A stretch of 56,286 bases of DNA, filler included, from Platydemus manokwari (lineage: Eukaryota): NCBI GenBank assembly GCA_037951405.1. It is 5 parts of 5 records of this genome, joined end to end, with 100 filler letters (N's around TTAATTAATTAA, not from the genome) between each part and the next. Parts side by side here need not be neighbours in the genome. Positions count along the whole stretch, not along the records: positions 1 to 9,331 come from JBBMOY011263429.1; positions 9,432 to 21,590 come from JBBMOY010280004.1; 3 more parts are not named here. One strand, given 5' to 3'. The notes beneath the pieces are model-generated. The model worked only from the letters and a program-made list of their open reading frames with translations, did not search any database and was not told the origin of the DNA. Made by a program: the position numbers and the translations under genes. Below, in pieces: positions 1 through 10,833 of the stretch (position 1 is its first letter; each line of letters starts with the position of its first letter).

Positions 1-12
1 ATTAGTAGTAGT

Positions 13-70
<58 letters not shown>
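1..70. repeat. (TAT/TAG)n microsatellite
   Basis: Direct trinucleotide tandem repeat at the window start. Confidence 0.95.
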
Positions 71-99
71 GAGAAATCATCCAAAAGTTTAATTCAAAA

Positions 100-2704
100 T
101 TCATTAAATTCAGATTAACCAACCGAAAAACTTAAATCCAGGCAATCTGTGCTTTTTAATTAACAAGAATAATAGAATTAGCAAAAGAGTCTTTTGTTAG
201 TTTGGAATATTCATTAGAAAAATATTGGAAAAGTTGTTAAAATTTTGGATCCAAGACATAAAACACTACATGAAATAATCACACAGTTTTCCATGGGAAA
301 ATTGAATGTCATATTGTACTGATAAGTAAAAAATATTACAGATAATTTGATGTATGATTTGCTCAATTGTAAAGCATTTAGCTCTTGAATCTACAGGCAT
401 TCATTGTGTTCCATTATTAGTCATATACGCTATGTACATCAAAATGTATATGTGAAGGAAGAAATATTGAATATAGTAGCTCTTATCGTAACAACACGGG
501 ATATCGATTTCAAAAATGTGTTCTATTAAGTAATTATCAGAATAGAAATGTCTGGGAATGAAAATATAAAGCTTAGATCATAGTGATCTTTTAAATAATG
601 ATCCCAAAATTCTGCGTTATTTATCCCTTCAATGCATAAATCGCCAAGAGAATCTCATAATGAAATACTTCAGATATCTAAGTGCATAATAGGTTGTTTT
701 ACAAGTTGTGAATTTAATCATAACAAATTCTGAAACACATCATCGATTTGGGAACATTTTAAATGATTTTTGAGTGAATCCTGTGTTGTAATATTTACAA
801 AAGAAAATGGCAAAAATGCTCCTTGCAGATGTTAGAACATTTGCAAATACTTAATTTGGATTACAAGGAAAGAAATAAAACAATATTGGTTTTTCAGACT
901 GTTAAAAAATGCACTTAATCATTTTCTAAGAGTGAACGTAAATGTAATTATTATCAGAAAAAAAAATAGATGAATAGAAATAAAAATAGTAAGAATTACA
1001 TATGATTTTCAAATAGGGGTTTGAAGATTTGTAGAATTTTGAAACCTAAATTTGTACATTTTGTAAACCAGTTTATTTGTGACATTTCTGAAAATGGATT
1101 TTCAATTTCTGAAATAATTTTTACAGATAATGCATCTGTGAGATTGGAGTTATTAGAGATGAAAAACGATCAGACATTAGAAAAGTTTCTTCTGTGATGG
1201 AATATTTGAAACTCGTACCAGAATCAAAATTATTTTAGACTAACTTTCACTTTCATTACCCTCATTCAAATAGAGTGTCTGGTAGATAAAAATTAAACTT
1301 TCTGGCATGTACTCCTTTTCTTTTCTAATCAATATTTTAATCAACAGAATGATTTGCTGTGGTTAAGGAGAAAAGGCGTCAGTGAACGAACAGTGATTTT
1401 CGAAATTCATCAGTGGAAATTTTCATTTAAACGATGCACCTCGGTCAGGTCGACCCGGCAACTTTGATTAAGACTATTTGAATTAATTGATTCATGATGA
1501 TCCGCTTCAATATTCAAGAGGATTTGAACAAGCAATAGAATATGATCACTCCACTTTTTCTCAACATCTCAAGAAAATGGAAAAAGTTCAAAAGCTTGGA
1601 TCATGGGTGCCTCAGCTTCTCAAAGAAAGTAACAAAAATCAACTTGTTTCTATTTCTGCGTCTTGACTTGTTCGTCACCAATCTGCGTTGCGGAAACATC
1701 AATCTTTCCTTTCCAGGATCGAAACAGGTGATGGGAAATGGTATTCCTATGTAAATTTGAAACACAAAAAAGCTTGAGTAAGTCCTCAAAAGCAACCACA
1801 ACCCGAAGTTCACCAACACAAAATCTTTATGTGCGTTTGGAAGGACCAAGTTGGTGTTATTCAATACAAAATCTTGCCAAGAAACCAAACGACCAATGCC
1901 GAACTTTATTATGAGCAACTCAAGCGAGTAAACATTGTAATTAAAGCGAAGAGGACTAATAAGAAGCAGATAATTTTTATATCATGACAATTCTCTGATT
2001 CAAGCCGCTACAATGACAAAATTGGTTATTGAAGAGCTTCATATTTGCCCGACTTAGTCCCAAAAGATTTTATTCTTTCTTCTCAATGTCGAACCATCTC
2101 TCTGGTCTCACATTTGAAAAAATAGAAGCAATAACAACGTAGATTGAAAAATTTTCCAACCAAAAATCAACAAACTTCTTCAAATGTTGGATTGACAAAC
2201 TTCCATAACGGTGGAATGTAGTGATCAATTGTAGCGGAGAGTATCTAACTGATTGAGATATTTGTTTTTTTCAAATGATTTCATAAATTCATTTTGTTTT
2301 CTGGAATTTTTGCATGGTTTTTATTTTTGGTCAGCACGAACTTATGCACCAACCCAATATATAAATAAAGATGCTTACCGACTATTTTTTATTTTTGAGA
2401 TAACATATTGTTGTGAATTATGGTACTCTACAATGAAATTCATTAAGTAGACCTGTTCTTCACAAGTGACCAATCAACATTCTACAAAATTTCTGTGGAT
2501 AACTTCAACAAATTTCATACAAAATTTTGAAAATTTCACTAAAAGTTATTATTAGATGTTTACTTTTTATTATTATTTATATATTTATTATATTTGAATT
2601 TTATTACTGAAAATTTTCATAGTTATATTTTTTAAATATGTTCCTAGTGTTGAAAGAGATGAAATCTTGCAAAAGAAACTCTGATTTGCAACTTGGAACC
2701 CCTG
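100..2704 (+). mobile_element. Decayed hAT (Charlie/SPIN/GTF2IRD2-like) transposon, interrupted by a mariner insertion
   Basis: Broken-frame motifs: CTD (~316), IHCV (~398), LADV..HLQILNL.LQGK (~822-873), LELLEMKN (~1144), LVPESK (~1212). After the mariner it resumes as AYRLF..F..TYCCELWYSTMKFIK (hAT dimerisation domain, ~2372-2447). A right-TIR-like TTGGAACCCCTG ends at 2704. Confidence 0.7.
1233..2357 (+). mobile_element. Decayed mariner (DD34D) element, left TIR lost
   Basis: Pseudo-transposase motifs: ECLVDK..HVLLF start (~1270), GNFHLNDAPRSGRP (~1415-1456), GSWVP (~1598), TGDGKW (~1724), HDN (~1983), PDLVPKDF (~2049). Right TIR GCACGAACTTATGCACCAACCCAA (2334-2357) is followed by TA. Many stops and frameshifts. 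Confidence 0.9.
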
Positions 2705-3149
2705 TTTTAGCACTTTGAACATTTGTATGCCTGCACAACCATATAGCAAGCAACCAGTTACAATATAGTTAAATGGTAAACGACTTTTTGAAAAATGGAC
2801 ATAGCCAAGCAACAGCACACACATACGGATTGACCAACCCCTCTCGTACAAAAACTAATAAACCCAATAGGAACATAGAAAAGTAAAGATTAAAATGTGA
2901 TACAAACATGACATAAAGATAACACACAGATCTCTAGTATAAATATAAATGTAAAGATGGTCAACTACCAATTGGAATCCAGGTTTTGGTTACGTTTTTT
3001 AGTAGTACGAGTATTAGTTGAAAATCTAGTTCGATTGTATCTATTTTATTTTGTGAGTCGTATTGAGAGGAACGTGGATTAGAAATAAAGTCTATAACCT
3101 TCGATTTTGGAGTCAGTAATTATTCAGCATGTGTGACTTGTGAAAGTAT

Positions 3150-3950
3150 TTAATGGCCTTAAATACAAAATTTGGAATTTTGTTTCTACTTATGGCTCTT
3201 TATGGAAAAGGAAAAAACAGGATTACGGTTCTCTTAACTCTTCTATTTGATAGCCTATGGTCTGTATAGACAGACTAACAGGAGATTCTATAATTTCAAA
3301 GTGACAATGCAATTGAATTGATAATAATGAAATATTATGAAGAGATCTAGTATAAAATTAAATGGCATCGAAAACACATGGTTAGGATGTTTAAATAACT
3401 ACATCAAGATATTTTTATTAATTCGTGGAGCAGTTGACTGATCGGTAATGAATGAGGAAAAAAGAATTCTTATGATTAGAAAGATTCTTAAAATTCTAGG
3501 AATTTGCAAGAAGTATTTGAGAAATATTGAATTTGTCATCAGAAATTATGAAACCGTAGAAAACATTGGCAATTAAAAGAGATTCAGCTAGATATTTTCT
3601 CTTTTCATGTCACAATTTAATATTGATATATAAGCGATGAATACATAATTGTCAGATTTTGTCTAAGTTACCTGGTTTATGCATATAACAGGACTATTTG
3701 AACAGTTTATTTTTATTCAGTCCGACAGATACAATAAAAGTAGCTATGGCAATCTGGGATTCTCAGATAAGTGCAATAAAAAATCAACATGCGCATTTAC
3801 CATTAATGAGTCTTTTAACAAACTTGAAAGTTCCTGGAATGAATTAAATTCAAAAAAACGAAAAAAAATGGTATTATTTTGACACGGAATGAATTTGAAT
3901 ACAGATGAAATATCTATTCGTTTCTTAATCGAAATATCGATGCTATATTC
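3150..3950 (+). mobile_element. Highly decayed Ty3/gypsy pol remnant (RT thumb and integrase)
   Basis: KILKILGICKKYLRNI (RT thumb FLG..YYR-like, ~3481-3528), IQSD (integrase I.SD.G-like, ~3715) and SWNEL (~3832), in pol order; no intact ORF. Confidence 0.45.
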
Positions 3951-5490
3951 ATTCATTTATCCGCCTGTGAATTACAAATAGATTTCCAAATCTTATCTTC
4001 TTATCTTAAATTAAAGAGTAAAAGTTATTACTAACCAGTCTTTTGGCTTGAACCAAACACAAAAGTTCTTTTGTAAGATATGTACCTTCTGCAGGTCATC
4101 ATATAAAACTTGGAATTCTAAAGATGAATGCAAAGATTCTTTTAAAATTTGATTACAAAAAAACCGTACTATAATTCAAAAATATTATAAAACAACGAGC
4201 AAAACCAACAAATTCAATTCTGAAGCCAAGATATAAAAAGATGCTATAAATAAATATAATAGAAACAGTATATTTAAATAACTAGAATACGGTTAGTGAG
4301 GTTTATTTTGAAAATAAAGAAAAACAAAATTATAGTCATTAATTACTTAAGAATGAGAGCCGCTAAAATTGATAAATTACTAACAAAAATCTGACAGAAA
4401 CTAAGAAAAACACTGTTAAATTAGGCAAAAATGTGGCTGAATTTGAAAGTAGCTTTCTAGTGTTCCTTCTTTATTAAATATATAATTTCTAGCGATTTTC
4501 TGTCCAATTTCCTTTTTCACAACTCCTGAATGCTGTACCTTTGAAATAGATTGAAATAATAAGAAGCCAACTATTGATTTTTCTCAGTTTTCAAGATCCT
4601 TGATTGTAATTCTTAGTTCTGAAATTATCAAAATGTTCTTAAAAATTGTAGGCCTCATTATTTTCAATATAAATCTTTCGTGAGCGCTTCCTGGTTAAGT
4701 TCCGAAAACATAATTGATCTAATTAACTTTTGATTCCTAATTTAAAATCAGTGTAGGAATGTTGCCTCTAGATAATTCGATTATTATATTCGCAACATAT
4801 TTATTAAAATATAACTACTGAAGGTTTACAGGATACACACAAAAAATATTGATGGTTAGATTACCAATATTCTAAGTTTGAACAGTTGTGAAATAGCTTG
4901 ATGTCTCAGGATCTTCGAATGGGTCCGTTACTACTCTATCAATAATTAAATTTAGGATTTATTTTGGATTCATATGCGTGAATATCGATTGAATAATTAT
5001 AGTTGATAACTTGATTCTATTTCGACTCGTTTAAAATAAAAATATTATAACTATAAATAAAAAATAGATAAATAAATTGTTAGCAAGACAGCAAAGTTTA
5101 GCAAATAAACTGAAATTATTATTATCAACGAGGCCTTTCGTTACCCACCCGATTGGAAAAATATCGACACCTATTTAAAAAATTAGAGATTAAATGAAAG
5201 CGATTGTTTAATTGAGAGATGTATCGAACAAGGTTACCGCACCATACGGTTGTTTAGAAAACAATAAAAAACCTGTTAAGAATTTCATAAAAAGAGTTAG
5301 GCCGAACAAATGTAAAAATTATTGAAAGTGACCTTGTCTAAAAATGCATGTGTAAATTTCTCGTTACACATGCGGTTTGAGCTGACTTGGAGTTAATTAA
5401 TTCTATTTTCGTTGACGGACATATTTTAAGACGATTCAAAAAAGTGCGACTTACTATCAATTAACTGCACTTTATTTTTATTTTCTACCT

Positions 5491-5588
5491 TCGTGATGTT
5501 GGTTTTTCATTTTCTAAATATAGAGTCTTGATTTTCTTAATTCCTGGTGACTCTATATTTAGTATTTAATAATTAATAAATCTGATGA
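5491..5588 (+). ncRNA. Candidate intronic box C/D sno/scaRNA with a long internal hairpin
   Basis: C-like box GTGATGT (5493-5499) and D box CTGA (5582-5585) enclose a perfect 14-bp inverted repeat, CTAAATATAGAGTC (5514-5527) / GACTCTATATTTAG (5549-5562). It lies ~100 nt upstream of a candidate 3' splice site (AG 5687-5688) in a putative eIF4B 5'-UTR intron. Confidence 0.4.
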
Positions 5589-5688
5589 CCTTGTTAATTT
5601 TGGTCATTATAATTCACAATTTTAAAATCCTCTGTATTTTTTATTTTCATTATTTATTTTTATTGATTTTATTATTTATTATTTATAG

Positions 5689-5701
5689 ATTACTCAGCAG
5701 T
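5689..5701 (+). other. Candidate 13-nt non-coding micro-exon of the eIF4B 5' UTR
   Basis: T-rich tract plus TAG acceptor (AG 5687-5688), then ATTACTCAGCAGT, then a consensus donor GTAAGT at 5702. The next acceptor, TTTTAG (ends 6264), lies 1 nt before the ATG. Confidence 0.4.
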
Positions 5702-6265
5702 GTAAGTTGAAGGTTCATTATGGTTGATGTTTTACATTACTAACACATATAACATGATAATTATAGCCCATAATTATTATTTCTGAAATTCTTTTAATAA
5801 ATTCACTACGTTTAAAGGCTCTTACATTAATTGTGCAACTATGGTTCAAATATTTGCATATTTGTGGAGCTATCATAGGAATAATTATTTAAAATTCTCC
5901 TACCATTGGTAAATTATCAAGCATTAATAATAAAAGAAATTCTATGAACATTTTATATTCAAAAATTATAAAATTAAACAATGACAGTAGTTATTAAATT
6001 AAACTATTTTTCAAGAATGAGTTATAATTTTTAATTTAACAAAATGCATAAATTCAATACAATTTAATTTTTTATATGCAAGACATCGCATTTATATTCA
6101 TTTTTATGGAATTTTTAATTGTACAAAATGTTATATTATAAGTAAATCTAAACTGCAACGTAGATTTTGTTTTAATTATTGATAAATTTAAAAAGTAGTT
6201 TTACTTTCACATAAGTATGCACATTTTTTAAAAACTTTATATAAATTGAAATTATAAATTTTAGT

Positions 6266-8091
6266 ATGAGTAAGAAGTTTTCCAAAAATTTGACTGATAA
6301 TTTGTCACTGCAATTTTCAACGGTATAAATCAGTTTTAATATTGGTTTGAATACTTTTTCGGTTCAGAAGGGTTCGTGGTCACCAAAAGACACAGATACA
6401 CCAGCTAATGAAGTAAATAATATACGATCTATATTACCAACCAAAACAAGCGCCACTCGTCAAATATCAGATCTAGAGAGTCTCACATCAAGTGGCCCAT
6501 TTTTATTGAATTACAGTAATGTTCCTTATGAAGCAACGGAGACTGATCTTATGAAGTTATACAAACTAATTGTAGTAATTCAGTATTAATTTCTTAACTT
6601 ATATGTAGCTTTTTCCGAAATTTTGATGTGGTTACCATTACAAAAAGTGATCAGAGACGCCGAAACGGAATTATTGAATTCAAAGACTTGGATAGTCTGA
6701 CTGGTGCTTTAACTTTAAATGATAAAAGTTTCATGAACCGACCTATTAAACTGACTATTGGAAACAAAGATGATTTAGCACGGTTGAAAAATAGTAGTGG
6801 TCATCAAAATCGTTTTCATAATCAACCAAGGGTGTGTTTTATATTTTCTCATTTATTCATTTTAATCACTTGTTAATTTACGTTATTGTGAACATGTATG
6901 GCTTTATGTTGGTATTTACTTAGAACCAAATATCCACTATCAATGAAGACAGTGATAATTGGCGGGCAAGAAAAACGCAACCAGTAACTCATACTGCAAA
7001 CGATAGTTATAATTCCAACAAGGACAAATCAGCATGGCGAGATAAGAATTCATCTAGAATATCTGATGATAAATCTTCAGTGGACACTATGGATAATTGG
7101 CGAAAACCAAAATCTTCTGACATCCGTACTCCAGCCAAAGATTTGAAAAGTGGTTCTTTTAATCGTACAAACACACAAGAACATCCGCCAAGGTCGTCAG
7201 AACCAAAAGATGGTGATCACATAAAAGATGGTAAAAAGACATCAATCTTTGGTGAAGCGAAACCAGTCGACACCACAGAAAAAGACAGGGAAATCGAAAT
7301 GAAAATTGAGGTTATAATTGTTATAAGAAGACATTTCCCTTCAACTTTTTTCCTAATTTTAGGAATCAAAAAAGCATGTTGGCGATGAAACTGACACCAA
7401 TAAAGGAAATAGCGCTTGGAGAAATAAAAAGTCAAGCACAAATCCAACAATTTCTCCTTCGACAAGCACCGACAAACCTTCATCAGCACTAGAATGGCGA
7501 ACGGGAAAAGCACCAACACCACGAACGAAAAACACGAGTGAAAGTCAACGAGAACCAACAGCCAAACCAGAATCCACCCAAGAACCACCGGCACCGCAGA
7601 AAAATCCAGAACCCATTCCGGCACCGATTCCGAAAAACGTTTGGGCTGAACGCCTTAAGTCGAAGAATGCATCCGTTGGGGAAGAACGAAACAACAATGC
7701 ACCGAAAACAGTTGACAAACCAGCTGAAATTGTTGTTGAAGCACCGGTAGTCATTAGCAACAGCAATTCGAGTAATAACAGTAGCAGTCATCAATCTGAA
7801 AAAGTCATCCAAAAACCGCCAGTAATTATTTCAGCAAATGGGCCATTTCTCGACCCGAAATCTCGGACACCGCATCACAGTATGTCTGACAATTCATTTA
7901 AAACTCCAACTGCTGTGCCAGTTAATAAAAGCTCCGATTCTAAACCAGCAGATTCGTTACCGCCATCTTCCAAGCCTTTAAGTTCTGAAACTAAAACTGT
8001 ACCTCCCACTGTTAAGGCATGCAGTTCGCAAAGCTCGTGGTCTAAAGGTCCTCCCAAAGGTTTGATTGATAAAGTCGAAATGAACCAATAA
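6266..8091 (+). CDS. eIF4B: Eukaryotic translation initiation factor 4B-like; exons 6266-6322, 6368-6555, 6609-6831, 6924-7310, 7363-8091 (527 aa)
   Basis: GT-AG introns join into one frame. N-terminal RRM (NVPYEATETDLMNFFRNFDV...GIIEFKDLDSLTGALTLNDKSFMNRPIKLTI) is followed by the eIF4B hallmark motifs DNWRAR, SIFGEAKPVDT..KDREIE and PAPIPKNVW. Confidence 0.88.
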
Positions 8092-9331
8092 TCTTTCTGC
8101 TAAATACATTTCATTCAAACTTCACGCATGATTGATTCGTGAATATTTAGAACTCGTAATATTTTGTCTGTGAATCATCGAGGGAACCAACTTACCACCG
8201 TTTATTTATGGTTTTTTATGTGGGTTTCTCTAACAATAATATTAATAAATAGTTGAATTTACTAAATTGATTAAGAATGCTATTTGATTCTTATTTCTTC
8301 CAAATTGTAATCGTATTTGTATTTGGTAAACTTTGTCTTATAGGCCAATCAAATATCAGTTATAATATGACGACAATGTTTCGATGGCCAATCAGATGTT
8401 TGATGACGTTTTTTGGGTTTTGGCTCGCTTTTTATCCTAGGTTAAGCCCTTGTGGATGATAAATTGAATAATTGATGAAAAATGATTATATGTTGATGGA
8501 GATTTTTTTCTTGATTTGGTTTTTTGAATTTGTAAAGTCCATATATTTATAAATATTTTAAGGTTGTTCATGACAAATTCATTTTTTGAAAAATTCTAAA
8601 ATGATTTTGCATATTTTTTGTTATGATGAGGTTGGCTTTGTCTTTTTCAAGTGCTCCTGACATTTTTTCGAAATATCAAAGTTGTGGAATTTAATTAATA
8701 TTTATGATTTTCTATAGTTAAGAGTATTGAGAGCTATTTGATTTCAGAACCTGTTTTATCTTTCAAAGTTTATTTTCAATTTCATTTTAGGGTGAAGTAA
8801 CTAAAGGAAAAAATTAAAATGATTTCATTGTTAGATTTTTATAGAGTTTATAACAGTCAAATTGTTTGGTATCTTACACTTTCGAAAATTATCTTTAATA
8901 TTATTAAATTAGCCCTGCAGCATAGAGATACTTTTTAATTTGTCTGAGTTTCACAAATATTAAAATAAGGTGATCAATAGCACAAGAAAAGCAAAATTTA
9001 CACACCCAAAATATAGATTTAACCATGTTTTTCAATAAAATCTATACTAATACTACTAGTTTAATTGCTTGTTAAGAGCAGTATACTAGCTGTTTTTGTA
9101 TTTCAATAACAATAGAAAACATTGAGAATATTTTATAACATAATATGATTTTTGCGAAGCTACTAATTTTATTTAATTTTTATATTAAGAACAATAGAAT
9201 AGTATCTTAGATTTTGAGATATGTTGGGTACAGAAAGAAACTAAAATAGTGGTATTTGTTAAAGATTGACGGGTGTTAATATAATAGAGATAATTTCAAA
9301 TTTCGAATGCACAATTTGGAAAAAGATATGA

Positions 9332-9431
9332 NNNNNNNNNNNNNNNNNNNNNNNNNNNNNNNNNNNNNNNNNNNNTTAATTAATTAANNNNNNNNNNNNN
9401 NNNNNNNNNNNNNNNNNNNNNNNNNNNNNNN
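9332..9431. other. Assembly gap with artificial linker (N44-TTAATTAATTAA-N44)
   Basis: The identical 100-bp construct appears four times; the linker gives stops in all six frames. Confidence 0.97.
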
Positions 9432-9432
9432 T

Positions 9433-9433
<1 letters not shown>

Positions 9434-9495
<62 letters not shown>
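9434..9495. repeat. (AAT)n microsatellite at a contig end
   Basis: About 20 perfect AAT units abutting the gap; explains the poly-Tyr spurious ORF. Confidence 0.95.
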
Positions 9496-10521
9496 TATTA
9501 AATGATATAAATGATTTGTTCGAATATTAAGATTAGATGTACTTTTTCTTATTGAAATTCTTGGATTGTTTTTCAATTCTAATTTTCCAAAATACCAGCT
9601 GCTAGAAAATGATAAAATGTTTCTCTTTAATTTTAATAGATAGAATACTTTCAAGGACAGATTGTCGTAATTTAATTGGGCAATTTATAAAAATAGATGA
9701 CTAATTTATACCATTTTAACTGACACTATGAAATAATATGAAATTAAACAAAGTTAATGTGGATACAAATAATTAATTATTTGAGATAAGTGGCAGCTAA
9801 TTAGGTATGACCTAATTCATCAACAAAGAATTATGAATTCGCGTTTTAAAGGAATAGCAAGGGAATTATGAAAAATAATATCATCTTTATAAATTGAGAA
9901 CGAAGAAAATATGTGACCACAAATCCATTTGCAATTTTTATTGTCAGTTGTCAAGTATAATTTTATGGATTCATCTGAAACTTCACAACGTAATTGGATA
10001 CCGTTTATTAATTATATAAACAATTTTGTTGAGGTTTTCAGCCAAAATCAATAAATTATAACTTGTTTTTTTTCATTAAATAATAATTCATTCCTGGCAA
10101 CATGAACTCATCGAAATAATATTTCCCTTGGAATCTCGATAACCGAGCGGAAGATTTTGTTTTTTATTAATTATGTTTCTCGATTAAATAACTGATCAAT
10201 ATCACTGATCAATTGCCATTTAGACCATCGATTTAGTAACCTATAAAGTTAAACGAAGTATTCTAATGCCGCGCAGCCGGGACTGGTGGACACTGTTGGT
10301 TGATTATCCGAATAAAGACTGTGCAATTCTGAGACTATTGGTGCTCATTTCAATGTCATCAGGAAAACCAAAGCCTCACTCTAGTTGCAATTGATTGCTT
10401 AAACCAATATATCAATTATTGATATTTCTTATTATAGATCTATCCCATTCTATCATGAACAAGTCTGTCAGTCCAAACATTCGCATGTATATTTTACCAA
10501 AGACAAATTCTAGTTCATAAG

Positions 10522-10833
10522 TGTGAGAATATCAAATTGAATTCAATTTGAGTTAGTATAGAATTTAATTTTTATTGAATTAAGTTTTATATTGAATTTA
10601 ATGTTGTATTGAATTTGATTTAAAATTGAATTTAATTTTATATTGAATTTAAATTTATATTGAATTTAAATTTATATTGAATTTAAATTTATATTGAATT
10701 TTATTGAAATTTATAATGAATGGAATTTGGTATTAAATTTTCTTTATTTGTTTAAATAATTGTCTTTAATTAAATGTCGAGTATTTTCATGTCGTTTTCG
10801 ATGCGTTTTTTTATAAAATAATAGAGGCTTACA
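10522..10833. mobile_element. Solo LTR-like element, copy 1, with internal 17-bp tandem repeat
   Basis: Termini TGTGAG...CTTACA (TG..CA, imperfect inverted ends); perfect 5-bp TSD ATAAG (10517-10521 / 10834-10838); internal TTGAATTTAAATTTATA-type repeats; second copy at 12859-13120. Confidence 0.75.

Noticed and set aside
7217-7812. Several antisense and alternative-frame ORFs over eIF4B exon 5 (and similar ones over TRAF and SLC10)
   Set aside because: Shadows of the real coding frame.
9376-9387. Recurrent palindromic TTAATTAATTAA motif (also at ~21635, ~33545, ~47355)
   Set aside because: Always centred in an identical N-run; an artificial scaffolding linker, not biology.
9433-9654. Poly-tyrosine ORF
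   Set aside because: Translation of an (AAT)n microsatellite.
10560-10720. CRISPR-like regular repeats
   Set aside because: Head-to-tail 17-bp minisatellite without unique spacers, inside an LTR-like element in a eukaryotic genome.
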